A program made the position numbers and the translations under genes. A stretch of DNA of 64,000 nucleotides from Hyphomicrobiales bacterium (lineage in GTDB: Bacteria; Pseudomonadota; Alphaproteobacteria; Rhizobiales; Aestuariivirgaceae), in assembly GCA_031418535.1 (NCBI GenBank), contig JANOXS010000081.1, positions 107 through 64,106 on the forward strand, read 5' to 3'. Below the pieces are notes generated by a model. It saw only the letters and a list, made by a program, of their open reading frames with translations. It made no database searches and had not been told where the DNA came from. Shown here in pieces: positions 28,875-37,910 of this stretch (its first letter is position 1; the number at the start of each line of letters is the position of its first letter).

Positions 28875-30011
28875 TTAGATGACGTAGGATTTCAGCGGCG
28901 GAAAGCCATTGAAAGCAACAGACGCATAAGTCGTGGTGTAAGCGCCACAAGACTCGATCAGCACCTCATCACCCACCGAAAGACTCAGCGGCAGATCATA
29001 AGGAGTCTTTTCGTAGAGCACATCAGCCGAGTCGCAAGTTGGGCCAGCAATCACGCAAGGCGCTTTAGCTGAATCATCTTTTGATGTGATGATCGGATAG
29101 CGGATGGCTTCATCCATAGTTTCAGCGAGACCACCAAATTTGCCAATGTCGAGATAGACCCAGCGCAGATTATCATTGGCATGCTTTTTTGAAACCAAAA
29201 CAACTTCAGCTTTGATTACACCAGCATTACCCACCATGCCACGACCAGGCTCAATGATAGTTTCTGGAATGGCGTTGCCAAAATGCTTGGCCAAACCATC
29301 ATGAATGGCGTTGGCATAGGCATTGGTGCCGGGAACGGCTTTGAGATATTTGGTTGGGAAGCCGCCACCAAGGTTCACCATTTGCAATGTAATGCCAACT
29401 GCTGCGCATTGGTCGAAAATAGATTTGGCTTGCTCCAAAGCTGTGTCCCACGCGCCGAGGCGCGTTTGTTGCGATCCCACATGGAAGGAAATGCCATTGG
29501 CATTGAGACCCAACTTGTGCGCATGCATCAACACGTCAGTGGCCATAGATGGCTCACAGCCAAATTTGCGGGAAAGCGGCCATTCAGCGCCAGCACCATC
29601 GGTGAGGATGCGGCAGAATACTTTAGCACCCGGAGCAGCGCGGGCCACCTTTTCAACTTCTTCAACTGAATCAACCGCAAACAGCGAAACGCCATAAGCA
29701 TGCGCTTTAGCAATGTCGCGCTCTTTCTTAATGGTGTTGCCAAATGAAATGCGGTCTGGCGATGCGCCGGAAGCCAAGGCCATTTCAATCTCAACGACTG
29801 AAGCAGTGTCGAAGTTTGAACCCATGCTTGCAAGCAAGGACAAAATTTCAGGAGCCGGATTTGCTTTCACGGCATAAAAAATGCGGGTGTCTGGCATCGC
29901 GCGGTCAAACGCGGCATAGTTTTCGCGGATCACGTTAAGATCAACCACAAGGCATGGGCCTTCAGGTTTTTCTGTGCGCAGAAAGTCCAAAATGCGAGCA
30001 GTAGCAGCCAT
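28875..30011 (-). CDS. Ornithine/lysine decarboxylase (group IV, eukaryotic-type PLP decarboxylase)
   Basis: ...FYAVKANP... PLP-Lys motif and ...GGGFP...; 378 aa. Confidence 0.9.
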   Translation of the reverse strand: MAATARILDFLRTEKPEGPCLVVDLNVIRENYAAFDRAMPDTRIFYAVKANPAPEILSLLASMGSNFDTASVVEIEMALASGASPDRISFGNTIKKERDIAKAHAYGVSLFAVDSVEEVEKVARAAPGAKVFCRILTDGAGAEWPLSRKFGCEPSMATDVLMHAHKLGLNANGISFHVGSQQTRLGAWDTALEQAKSIFDQCAAVGITLQMVNLGGGFPTKYLKAVPGTNAYANAIHDGLAKHFGNAIPETIIEPGRGMVGNAGVIKAEVVLVSKKHANDNLRWVYLDIGKFGGLAETMDEAIRYPIITSKDDSAKAPCVIAGPTCDSADVLYEKTPYDLPLSLSVGDEVLIESCGAYTTTYASVAFNGFPPLKSYVI

Positions 30012-30321
30012 AGGTCAAATCTCCCGAATCAAGCGTTCAAGTGACAGATAGATCTTCCTGCATAAACGTGATGGAAACGTTAATACGCGTTAACCTAACT
30101 GGTGCGCCTTAATTTGAATGGGGAAACCCAATCGCGTGTGGGGCAATGATAGTGGTGCCTCTCAGAACCACTGGCCGATGGAGAGCCAGCAGAGACCAAA
30201 AAACCTTACACCGTCGTTGCTTTGGGGAGACCTTGCGGCACGTGCGACTTCTGGTAGGGCGCATATGATGGATTCGTGTGTCTGTTTCAAGAATTATTTT
30301 GGGTTTAGAACAAATTTTTGG
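30012..30321 (-). promoter_or_regulatory. Long structured leader upstream of the ornithine decarboxylase gene (candidate speF-type RNA element)
   Basis: 310-nt non-coding spacer containing several hairpins, for example AGTGGT..ACCACT (about 30151-30172) and CTGGC..GCCAG (about 30170-30190). The speF leader motif is known upstream of alphaproteobacterial ODC genes. I could not verify the consensus. Confidence 0.4.
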
Positions 30322-30924
30322 TTAATTATGTGTTACGAAGGCTTTCCAGCCCGCTGCAAGCCGCGTGGCGGTCGTCACACAACACATGATGGCGTAAATA
30401 TAGGCAAATGTTGCGAAGTGTTGCGGCCACAAGCACATGAGCACGAAACAGGCAATCGTCTCGCCGCCTTCGGTCAACCCTCCCAAATAGTAAAATGATT
30501 TCGAGGGGTATGCGGTGCTTTTGTCGCCGCGCTTTTCTGCGATGATGGCATAGGCCAAAAAGCTGGTGCCGGTGCCGATGAAAGCCGCGAGCAAAACAGC
30601 GGCTGCCACCGGATCGACCGTCACAAAGGCAAGCGGCACTGCGGCGTAGAATAAAAAGTCGAGACTGATATCCAGAAACGCGCCGCGATCAGTTTGCAAA
30701 GTAAGCCGCGCCACTGCACCGTCTAAACCATCAAGCACCCGTCCAAGCAGCAGCGGTGCCAGCGCCACATAACTGTGCCCAAAAAATATAAGCAGCGCTG
30801 CCAACATTCCAAAGCCGAATGCTGCAAACGTAACCTGATCGGCATTGTAACCAGCACGGTGAATTCGGGTGGCAAGGCGATCGACAATCGGCTTAGTGAT
30901 GTAAAGAGTTACACGATCAAACAT
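30322..30924 (-). CDS. CDP-alcohol phosphatidyltransferase-family membrane protein (YnjF-like)
   Basis: DGLDGAVARLTLQTDRGAFLDISLDFLFY resembles the DG..AR...G...D...D motif; 200 aa. 8-nt overlap with the upstream ATPase gene. Confidence 0.8.
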   Translation of the reverse strand: MFDRVTLYITKPIVDRLATRIHRAGYNADQVTFAAFGFGMLAALLIFFGHSYVALAPLLLGRVLDGLDGAVARLTLQTDRGAFLDISLDFLFYAAVPLAFVTVDPVAAAVLLAAFIGTGTSFLAYAIIAEKRGDKSTAYPSKSFYYLGGLTEGGETIACFVLMCLWPQHFATFAYIYAIMCCVTTATRLAAGWKAFVTHN

Positions 30925-31546
30925 AAATCACCCGCCCATCTTTCGGCACGTCTTCAGGATCATGGGTCACCAACAGCGTTGGAATGTTTCGGGCGCGCAA
31001 ATGCGTGAATGTATAGTCTCTGATAGTTGCCCGCAGCGACTTGTCTAATTTGCTGAACGGCTCATCAAGCAACATCGCATCCGGTTTGGCGAGCAACGAC
31101 CGCATCAAAGCCACGCGGGATCGCTGACCACCAGACAATGTATGTGGAGCACGGTTTTCAAAGCCTGCAAGTTCCAATCGTCCCAATGCAGTCATCATCA
31201 TTGCGGTGCGCTCAGTTTTTGGGCCACGCGTCATTCCAAACAACAAATTTTCACCCACCGTGAGATGCGGAAACAAAAGATCATCTTGAAACAAACGGCC
31301 AATTCGCCGGTTTTCTGGAGCAACGTTTTTGAGGTTACGCTCATTTAAAAAAATATCGCCGACACTATAAAGAGGATGCGGCAAATCTCCCGCCACTGCT
31401 GAAAGAAGCGAAGTCTTACCGCTGCCGCTTGGCCCCATGATTGTTACAATTTCACCGAGCGACACTGAAAATGACAAGGGCTCGAAAATCCGAACATCGC
31501 CAAAGTAAACCGATAAGTTTTGAGCGATCAAACTCACGCTGACCAC
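30917..31546 (-). CDS. ABC transporter ATP-binding protein (YnjD-like)
   Basis: Walker A GPSGSGKT and LSGGQRSR signature; 209 aa. Confidence 0.88.
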   Translation of the reverse strand: MVSVSLIAQNLSVYFGDVRIFEPLSFSVSLGEIVTIMGPSGSGKTSLLSAVAGDLPHPLYSVGDIFLNERNLKNVAPENRRIGRLFQDDLLFPHLTVGENLLFGMTRGPKTERTAMMMTALGRLELAGFENRAPHTLSGGQRSRVALMRSLLAKPDAMLLDEPFSKLDKSLRATIRDYTFTHLRARNIPTLLVTHDPEDVPKDGRVIYV

Positions 31547-33297
31547 CGACTTTTACCAAAAAATGCAGCGGCCAAAAAGGCTACTAGCGGCGGCACCATT
31601 AACAACAATGCAAACGCAGCTGTGAGCGGACGATTGGTTCCAGATGTCATCGTCACAGCCTCCATCGGTAAAGTTGAGTAGCGCCCAGCAGCAATCAATT
31701 GCGCGGGAACATATTGACCAAAACTAACAGCAAAGCCAATGGCACAAGCTGCAAAGAGTGGTGCCTTTAAGAGGGGTAACTTAATCTGCCTCATGTACCG
31801 CCAATACCCTACCATCAATCCTGAAGCTGATGCTCGCCAACGGGAATCAAAACTGCGGTAAGGGCCACAAAGCACGATGAACATATAAGCGGTGACTGGA
31901 ATAATATGGGCTAGAAATAATCCTATGGCGCTGCCCGTCAGGTTTAAATTTAGGAACACACGGTACTGACCAAGTGACAAAAGCAGCGCCGGAAGCCCCA
32001 ACGCCAGTGCGCTGAGCACTAACACGGTCCGATCGCGGCGGGCAGGTTGACTTTCCATCCACGCCAAAATCAAAACCAGCGCAGTTCCACTGGTTGAAAC
32101 GGCCAACGTAAGACTTGTTAGCAATGCAGTTGGATTATCTGTCACACGCCACCATGCCTTAAAGTCGAGAGCCTCCGGAAATAAATTCGGGAATGGCCAC
32201 ATGGGCGCAATGGAAAGTAGCAGCAATATGAGCGCTACAATAATGTAAATAAAAGTCAGTGCTAAGAATTTGAGTTTAGCAAGGGACCTCATCCGCCCTT
32301 CGGGCACCTTCTCCAAAGGAGAAGGGAAGATTTTAACACCGCCCTTCTCCCTTGGAGAAGGTGCCCCGAAGGGGCGGATGAGGTCCCTTCGTACGGGACC
32401 AGCCGCCAACCAACTTCGCTTTGTTAAAATGGTTCTTGTGAGCACCCATATTATGACGGCGACAGCTGCAATAGCCAACGTCAAAAACCAAGCCCCCGCC
32501 GCTCCGCGTGCGGTGTTGAAGACGTCCGCATCATTGATGTCTGCCCATACTACGTTTGAGAGTGTTGGAGGCTGCGTGGGCCCAATCACCAATGCCACAT
32601 CTACAACTGAAGCCGAGTAAACAAAAACGATGACCAGTGGCCAAATCATTTTAGGAAGAATTTGTGGCAAAAAAATCCGCATCCAAATTGATCCTATGCC
32701 ATGTCCCAAACTCAATGCCGCAGCACGCTGCCCACCAAGGTTTCGCGACACATCTTCACGATTTAAAATGCTGGCGAAAATCCAAATGAGGAAAGGCGTT
32801 TCCTTGATGACCAACACCGCAATCAATGACAGCCCATATGGATCGTGGTTGCTGATCCACTGTGGTGGAATTTGCCAGCCAGTAACCAAGGTGGCAATTG
32901 CTCTTGCAATCAAGCCACTTGGCATAATGAGAAATGCAATACCGAGTGCCATCGCTAAATGCGGGACGGCGAGCATGGAACCAACCCTACGCGAAAGTCG
33001 TGGCCACCGGGTGCTTCCATAAAGTCCTACAACTATGATCAGTGCCAAACCCAAAGATAAAACAGCAGCACTCAATCCCGTAAAAAGAGAGAGAAACAGC
33101 GCTGGCCATATTTGCGGATGTCCAAATAACGCAGCCCAGCCTTCCCGATCAAAAAGTGAAATCAGCGCATATAACAAACTTGCAATCAGTGGTAAGCCGA
33201 ATAAGAGGACGAGGGGCAGTGCCGCTAAATGTTTGCTCCCGCCCCGCACAATTAATTCCTTAACCCTTGCCGTAAGCACTAAGCCATGTGGATTCAA
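31534..33297 (-). CDS. Fused two-domain ABC transporter permease (YnjC-like)
   Basis: 587 aa with two BPD-type permease halves. The inter-domain linker carries a 35-aa repeat-encoded insert. The exact start is uncertain because it overlaps the SBP gene by 38 nt. Confidence 0.82.
   Translation of the reverse strand: MNPHGLVLTARVKELIVRGGSKHLAALPLVLLFGLPLIASLLYALISLFDREGWAALFGHPQIWPALFLSLFTGLSAAVLSLGLALIIVVGLYGSTRWPRLSRRVGSMLAVPHLAMALGIAFLIMPSGLIARAIATLVTGWQIPPQWISNHDPYGLSLIAVLVIKETPFLIWIFASILNREDVSRNLGGQRAAALSLGHGIGSIWMRIFLPQILPKMIWPLVIVFVYSASVVDVALVIGPTQPPTLSNVVWADINDADVFNTARGAAGAWFLTLAIAAVAVIIWVLTRTILTKRSWLAAGPVRRDLIRPFGAPSPREKGGVKIFPSPLEKVPEGRMRSLAKLKFLALTFIYIIVALILLLLSIAPMWPFPNLFPEALDFKAWWRVTDNPTALLTSLTLAVSTSGTALVLILAWMESQPARRDRTVLVLSALALGLPALLLSLGQYRVFLNLNLTGSAIGLFLAHIIPVTAYMFIVLCGPYRSFDSRWRASASGLMVGYWRYMRQIKLPLLKAPLFAACAIGFAVSFGQYVPAQLIAAGRYSTLPMEAVTMTSGTNRPLTAAFALLLMVPPLVAFLAAAFFGKSRWSA
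32283..32387. repeat. 105-bp nested palindromic repeat element lying in frame inside the permease gene
   Basis: The arms GGGACCTCATCCGCCCTTCGGGCACCTTCTCCAAAGGAGAAGGG (32283-32326) and CCCTTCTCCCTTGGAGAAGGTGCCCCGAAGGGGCGGATGAGGTCCC (32342-32387) are near-perfect reverse complements. Each arm holds its own CCTTCTCC-N3-GGAGAAGG hairpin. Confidence 0.85.
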
Positions 33298-34462
33298 TCA
33301 ACGCCACGAAACTTGCATTGGGCTCCAGGATCGCAGGACCGGGAAAAATCACGCTGCCGGGGGCAGGCAAGTTTGCAAACATTTTGGCATCTTCGCCTGT
33401 AAGTTTGGTCACATCTAACACCGTTGGATCGCCCCAGATTTTCAAATCATTTTTGCGCGCCTGCGCTTCCGCTGAGAGCAAGAAGTTTGCCACAACTTGT
33501 GCGCCCGCTTTGGCTTTCGCATTGATAGGAATTGCGACAAAATGTGAATTACCAATGGTGCCAGTTGCATGTTGCCATGCAATTGTGGTTTTTGGCAAAG
33601 TTCCAGCCGCCACCAAATTTGCAGGTTCATTCGGATTGAATGTGATTCCAATTAACAGCTCGCCATCGGCCACCATCTGGGTCATTTCGCTTTGCGATTT
33701 TGGATATTGCTTTCCTTCGCGCCACAACGAAGGGCGGATTTCATCCAGAAAGGCCAACCATGGTTTTGCAATCTCGGCAAATGCGGTGGCTTCAATTGGC
33801 TTGGCAAAAATGGAACGGTCTGTCGTTGTTTCCACCAGCGCCTGTTTCAAAAATGTAGTGCCGTGAAAATCAGGCGGTGCAGGAAACGTAACCCGGCCCG
33901 GATTGGCTTTGGCAAAGGCCGCAAGTTCGATCATGCTTTTCGGAGGTGTCGATATTTTTGCGCCATCGCCGAAGAATGTGAATTGCGCCATGCCCCACGG
34001 GCTTTCCAAACCATCCACACTTTCCGTGAAATCTTGCAACGTTGTGGGTTTGCCCTTGGTGTCGACCAAGGTAAAATTGGGCAAAGCTTCTGCAAAAGGC
34101 CCGAACAATAATTTATCGGTTTTCATAGCGCGGAAATTTTCACCGTTGATCCAAACCAGATCAACCGAACCATCAGCCTTGCCAGCGGTCACTTCGTCGC
34201 GCACACGCTTTACAACTTCTGCAGTATCGGTAATTTTCACATGATTGAGCGTCACGCCATAACGCGCCTTTACTTGCTCCCCAGCCCAAGCAATATAGGC
34301 GTTGATGTTATCGGCACCCGCCCAGGCGTTAAAAAAAACCTCTTGGCCCTTGGCTTCAGCTTCGATGGCGCCCCAGTCTGCGGCTTGAGCAAAATCTGTA
34401 AAATAGACCGAAGCACCAAGTGCTGCAGATAGTTTTAACATCGAGCGGCGATTCAAAGACAT
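33260..34462 (-). CDS. ABC transporter periplasmic substrate-binding protein (YnjB-like, COG4134)
   Basis: 400 aa with a Tat-like signal (NRRSMLK). First gene of the SBP-permease-ATPase-transferase string. Confidence 0.8.
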   Translation of the reverse strand: MSLNRRSMLKLSAALGASVYFTDFAQAADWGAIEAEAKGQEVFFNAWAGADNINAYIAWAGEQVKARYGVTLNHVKITDTAEVVKRVRDEVTAGKADGSVDLVWINGENFRAMKTDKLLFGPFAEALPNFTLVDTKGKPTTLQDFTESVDGLESPWGMAQFTFFGDGAKISTPPKSMIELAAFAKANPGRVTFPAPPDFHGTTFLKQALVETTTDRSIFAKPIEATAFAEIAKPWLAFLDEIRPSLWREGKQYPKSQSEMTQMVADGELLIGITFNPNEPANLVAAGTLPKTTIAWQHATGTIGNSHFVAIPINAKAKAGAQVVANFLLSAEAQARKNDLKIWGDPTVLDVTKLTGEDAKMFANLPAPGSVIFPGPAILEPNASFVALIESTWLSAYGKG

Positions 34463-34535
34463 TAAATAGATCTCCCTTTGCGGAGGCTTTTACGGTGAAT
34501 TACGGCAACCGCAATTGAAACGTGGTGCCTTCCGA

Positions 34536-35111
34536 TCAGATTATTGTGATCATCGCGTGTTGCAAAAGAATAATGGTCTTGGCATCGACAATTTCACCAG
34601 ATGCAATCATCTTGTAAGCTGAATGCAAAGGCAATTCGATCACTTCAATATCTTCGTGCTCTTCCGCAAGTCCGCCGCCGTCAGCAACACGGTCTTGCGG
34701 GGTATAGTCCGCAATATACAAACTCAAACGCTCCGAAAATGCTCCGGGGCTGGCAAAGCAATCACTCACATGCCGCACGTTATGAACCTGAACGCCTAGC
34801 TCTTCCATAGCTTCGCGCGTGGCACAGCCAATAGGATCATCGGTATCCAGCAGCCCCGCACAGGTTTCAATCAGCCAACCATCATGACCGGTAAATGCCG
34901 CCCCAACTCGCCATTGCTTCACGAGTAAACAAGTGCCGCGCACGTGATCCACTGGTAAAATAGAAGCGCCATGACCATGGTCAGCCACCTCTCGGTCTAA
35001 AATTACAGGAGACCTGCCTTGAATTGCAGCGCTCACTTTGAGTTGTAAAAGTTGCGACCAGCCTTTGGCCATTATTTCCGTGGCGACGATTTTATATGAG
35101 CTTTTTTCCAT
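34536..35111 (-). CDS. NUDIX hydrolase (ADP-ribose pyrophosphatase-like)
   Basis: Nudix-box-like GLLDTDDPIGCATREAMEELGV; 191 aa. Confidence 0.8.
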   Translation of the reverse strand: MEKSSYKIVATEIMAKGWSQLLQLKVSAAIQGRSPVILDREVADHGHGASILPVDHVRGTCLLVKQWRVGAAFTGHDGWLIETCAGLLDTDDPIGCATREAMEELGVQVHNVRHVSDCFASPGAFSERLSLYIADYTPQDRVADGGGLAEEHEDIEVIELPLHSAYKMIASGEIVDAKTIILLQHAMITII

Positions 35112-35190
35112 TGTTACTCCCTAGCTAAAGAGCTGCGTTGACACAATCTTAACCTTGAGAAGTCACTGATTGTTTTGAATTTGAGGCAAA

Positions 35191-35784
35191 TTGAACGTGA
35201 CACGACAGGGCAAAGCAAAACAGCGCGCAACAACCGCGATTGTAGTTCTGGCTGGCCTTGCGGTGGCAGCTGGTGTTGCGTGGTCAATCATTGGCCAGAA
35301 ACATAAAACCCAAAGTAATGCCGAAGCCAAAACCGATGCCACAAGCCAGCTTGGTCCCTCGGGCCTACCGATCCCGCGCTTTGTCACTTTGAAAGCCGAA
35401 AAAGTGAATGTGCGCAAAGGTCCATCTAGTGATCATCCTGTGGCATGGGTTTTTCAAAGCAAGGGCCTTCCCGTCGAAATTATTGCCGAGTTTGAAACCT
35501 GGCGCAGGGTGCGCGACAGTGAAGGCGCTGAAGGCTGGATTTTGCAAAATATGCTAAGCGGCAGGCGTAACATTTTGGTAGCGCCATGGCGCAAAGACCA
35601 GTTCACGGCATTGTATTATAGTGCTTCAACGAAAGCGGCACTGGTCGCAAATCTTTCCGCAGGAGCCATGGGCGAAATAAAGTCCTGCGACGGCGATTGG
35701 TGTAACGTGAGCGTGGGCGGCTATTCCGGCTACGTCGAGCAATCAATGCTCTGGGGCGCTTATCCGGGTGAAGTAGTGAATTGA
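35191..35784 (+). CDS. Bacterial SH3-like domain protein (COG3807/DUF1058)
   Basis: N-terminal TM anchor, then two SH3-like segments (RFVTLKAEKVNVRKGPSSDHPVAWVF...GWILQNML). The TTG start is uncertain. Confidence 0.75.
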   Translation: MNVTRQGKAKQRATTAIVVLAGLAVAAGVAWSIIGQKHKTQSNAEAKTDATSQLGPSGLPIPRFVTLKAEKVNVRKGPSSDHPVAWVFQSKGLPVEIIAEFETWRRVRDSEGAEGWILQNMLSGRRNILVAPWRKDQFTALYYSASTKAALVANLSAGAMGEIKSCDGDWCNVSVGGYSGYVEQSMLWGAYPGEVVN

Positions 35785-35871
35785 AGCAAACTGCCAGTCG
35801 GGACTGGTAAATCCAGTTAATTTGTGTTAATAAATAACCACCCTGGGGGCCCCTTTTTAGAGGAGGCTATT

Positions 35872-36507
35872 ATGGTTTCGACCGATTGGATGATACGCGG
35901 TCCTGAGATTTCATCTTGTAACTGTTCTTATGGTTGCCCTTGCCAGTTTAACGCCTTGCCGACAGATGGCACCTGCCGCGCTGCAGTGGGAATGCAAATT
36001 GAAAAAGGACACTATGGCAAAGTCAAACTCGATGGGCTGCGCTGGGCTGCAACAGCTGCGTGGCCGGCTGCTATACATATGGGCCATGGCGAAATATTGC
36101 CGATTGTCGACGAGCGCGCAACTCTAGAACAACGAGAAGCTCTGCTCAAAATCATGTCAGGCCAAGACACCGAACCAGGCGCCACTTTCTTCCAAGTGTT
36201 TATGTCTATGTGTGAGAAAGTTCACGAACCTATGTTTAAGCCGATCACTTTTGAAGTGGACATGAAAAGTTGCACAGGACATTTCAATGTGGATGGCGTG
36301 GTTGACGTAAAGACCGAGGCAATACGCAACCCCATAACGAACAACCCCCATCATGCTCGCGTATCCTTGCGCCAAGGATTTGAGTATGCAGACGCTGAAT
36401 TTGCCAGTGGCACAATAACCTCAAAGGGTCCGATTAAGCTCGAAACCAAAGGTCGTCATGCTCACTTGGCAATGTTGCACTTAACGGGTCAAGGTATCGT
36501 GCATTAA
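35872..36507 (+). CDS. DUF1326-family protein
   Basis: MVSTDWMIRGPEISSCNCSYGCPCQFNALPTDGTC... is the typical Cys-rich DUF1326 N-terminus. A GAGGAGG Shine-Dalgarno precedes ATG 35872. Confidence 0.8.
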   Translation: MVSTDWMIRGPEISSCNCSYGCPCQFNALPTDGTCRAAVGMQIEKGHYGKVKLDGLRWAATAAWPAAIHMGHGEILPIVDERATLEQREALLKIMSGQDTEPGATFFQVFMSMCEKVHEPMFKPITFEVDMKSCTGHFNVDGVVDVKTEAIRNPITNNPHHARVSLRQGFEYADAEFASGTITSKGPIKLETKGRHAHLAMLHLTGQGIVH

Positions 36508-36529
36508 ACCAAAGCGATTGGTGAAGGTT

Positions 36530-37294
36530 ATGCCGTTAATTGAACTTTCAGCGAAAAATGAACGCTGGATTGTGTTGGTCGGACTTGGCCTAGTTGTTAT
36601 TGTGGGATTGATTATCACGGAGATTGTGGGCGACCGTCTTATGATGTCTCAGATGTCAGATGGCATAGGTGGTCTCAGCTATGCATTTTTAGTATTTTTA
36701 ATGTGGTGGAGTATGATGATGGCTATGATGTTGCCTTCGGCCGCTCCTGCCATTCTCACCTTTGCCGCGGTCAATAGAAAGTTGCAAACAGGAACAAACT
36801 TAGGCGCACACCTCATAGCATTCGTCTCCGGTTATCTTTTGATTTGGACCGGATTTTCTTTGGCCATCGTAATTCTGCAGCTCTTACTTCAAACAAAAAT
36901 CCAGTTATCGATGATGATGGCAGTGGCCAGTTCTGCTTTTGGTGGTGGCCTGCTCTTGGCCGCGGGACTTTATCAAATATCGCCGCTAAAATCAGCCTGC
37001 TTGCGCAAATGCCAAACGCCTTTGATGTATTTTACGCATAACTGGAAAAAAGGTGCGAGCGGTGCCTTCAAAATGGGATTATCGCATGGGCTTTATTGTG
37101 TCGGCTGCTGCTGGGTTTTGATGGGGCTCTTGTTTTATGGTGGCGTTATGGAGCCGCGTTGGATTTTGGGTTTGGCACTCTACATAGGTATTGAGAAATT
37201 AGTTCCGGCAGAAAATCGTGTGAGCCAATTTACCGGAGTACTGCTAATCGGCTGGGGTATCTTGACGATTTGGATCACCATAGGAGTGCCTTAA
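36530..37294 (+). CDS. DUF2182-family predicted metal-binding integral membrane protein
   Basis: Polytopic membrane protein with conserved Cys clusters (SACLRKCQTP, YCVGCCW). It is the usual partner of DUF1326. An alternative TTG start lies at 36518. Confidence 0.78.
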   Translation: MPLIELSAKNERWIVLVGLGLVVIVGLIITEIVGDRLMMSQMSDGIGGLSYAFLVFLMWWSMMMAMMLPSAAPAILTFAAVNRKLQTGTNLGAHLIAFVSGYLLIWTGFSLAIVILQLLLQTKIQLSMMMAVASSAFGGGLLLAAGLYQISPLKSACLRKCQTPLMYFTHNWKKGASGAFKMGLSHGLYCVGCCWVLMGLLFYGGVMEPRWILGLALYIGIEKLVPAENRVSQFTGVLLIGWGILTIWITIGVP

Positions 37295-37393
37295 ACCTGA
37301 TCCATCCACAGAGCCATTTTCTTAGCTTTTATCCCTGCCCAGTCCCGTGTATTAGTTTAAGTTCAATTCCAACCGGGGCTTTGCAAACGCGCT

Positions 37394-37900
37394 ATGACGA
37401 ACCGTAAATCCAGCTTTCTTTATGATGAACTGCTTGCCTGCGGGCGTGGCGAACTCTTTGGGCCGGGCAATGCGCAGCTTCCCTTGCCGCCCATGCTGAT
37501 GTTTGATCGCATCACCCATGTGGAAGAAAAAGGCGGCGCTGCTGGCCTTGGAAAAATTGTTGCTGAATTTGATATCAAGCCAGACTTGTGGTTTTTCCCC
37601 TGCCATTTTCAAGGTGACCCCGTGATGCCCGGTTGTTTGGGCCTCGATGCGCTGTGGCAGCTCACAGGCTTCTTCCTCGGCTGGTTGGGAGAGCCAGGCC
37701 GTGGCCGTGCACTGGGTGTCGGCGAAGTTAAATTTTCAGGCATGGTCACCCCAGCCGTTAAAAAAGTAACGTATGAAGTTGAGGTCACGCGCCTGATTTT
37801 GCGCAAGCTCAAACTGGCCGTGGCCAATGGCGTGATGAAGGCTGATGGCGAAATTATTTATAATGTGACCGACATGAAAGTCGGTCTGTTCCAATCATAA
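37394..37900 (+). CDS. fabA: 3-hydroxydecanoyl-ACP dehydratase/isomerase
   Basis: ...[24 protein letters not shown]... active-site region. Confidence 0.93.
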   Translation: MTNRKSSFLYDELLACGRGELFGPGNAQLPLPPMLMFDRITHVEEKGGAAGLGKIVAEFDIKPDLWFFPCHFQGDPVMPGCLGLDALWQLTGFFLGWLGEPGRGRALGVGEVKFSGMVTPAVKKVTYEVEVTRLILRKLKLAVANGVMKADGEIIYNVTDMKVGLFQS

Positions 37901-37910
37901 GGAGTATTAC

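Noticed and set aside
30118-30498. 126-aa plus-strand ORF in the ODC upstream region
   Set aside because: It runs antisense into the CDP-alcohol phosphatidyltransferase gene and has no recognisable family features. The region is better explained as a structured minus-strand leader.
34463-34535. TPP or other riboswitch ahead of the YnjB-like binding protein
   Set aside because: The spacer is only 73 nt and lacks the CTGAGA / ACCTGA TPP cores.
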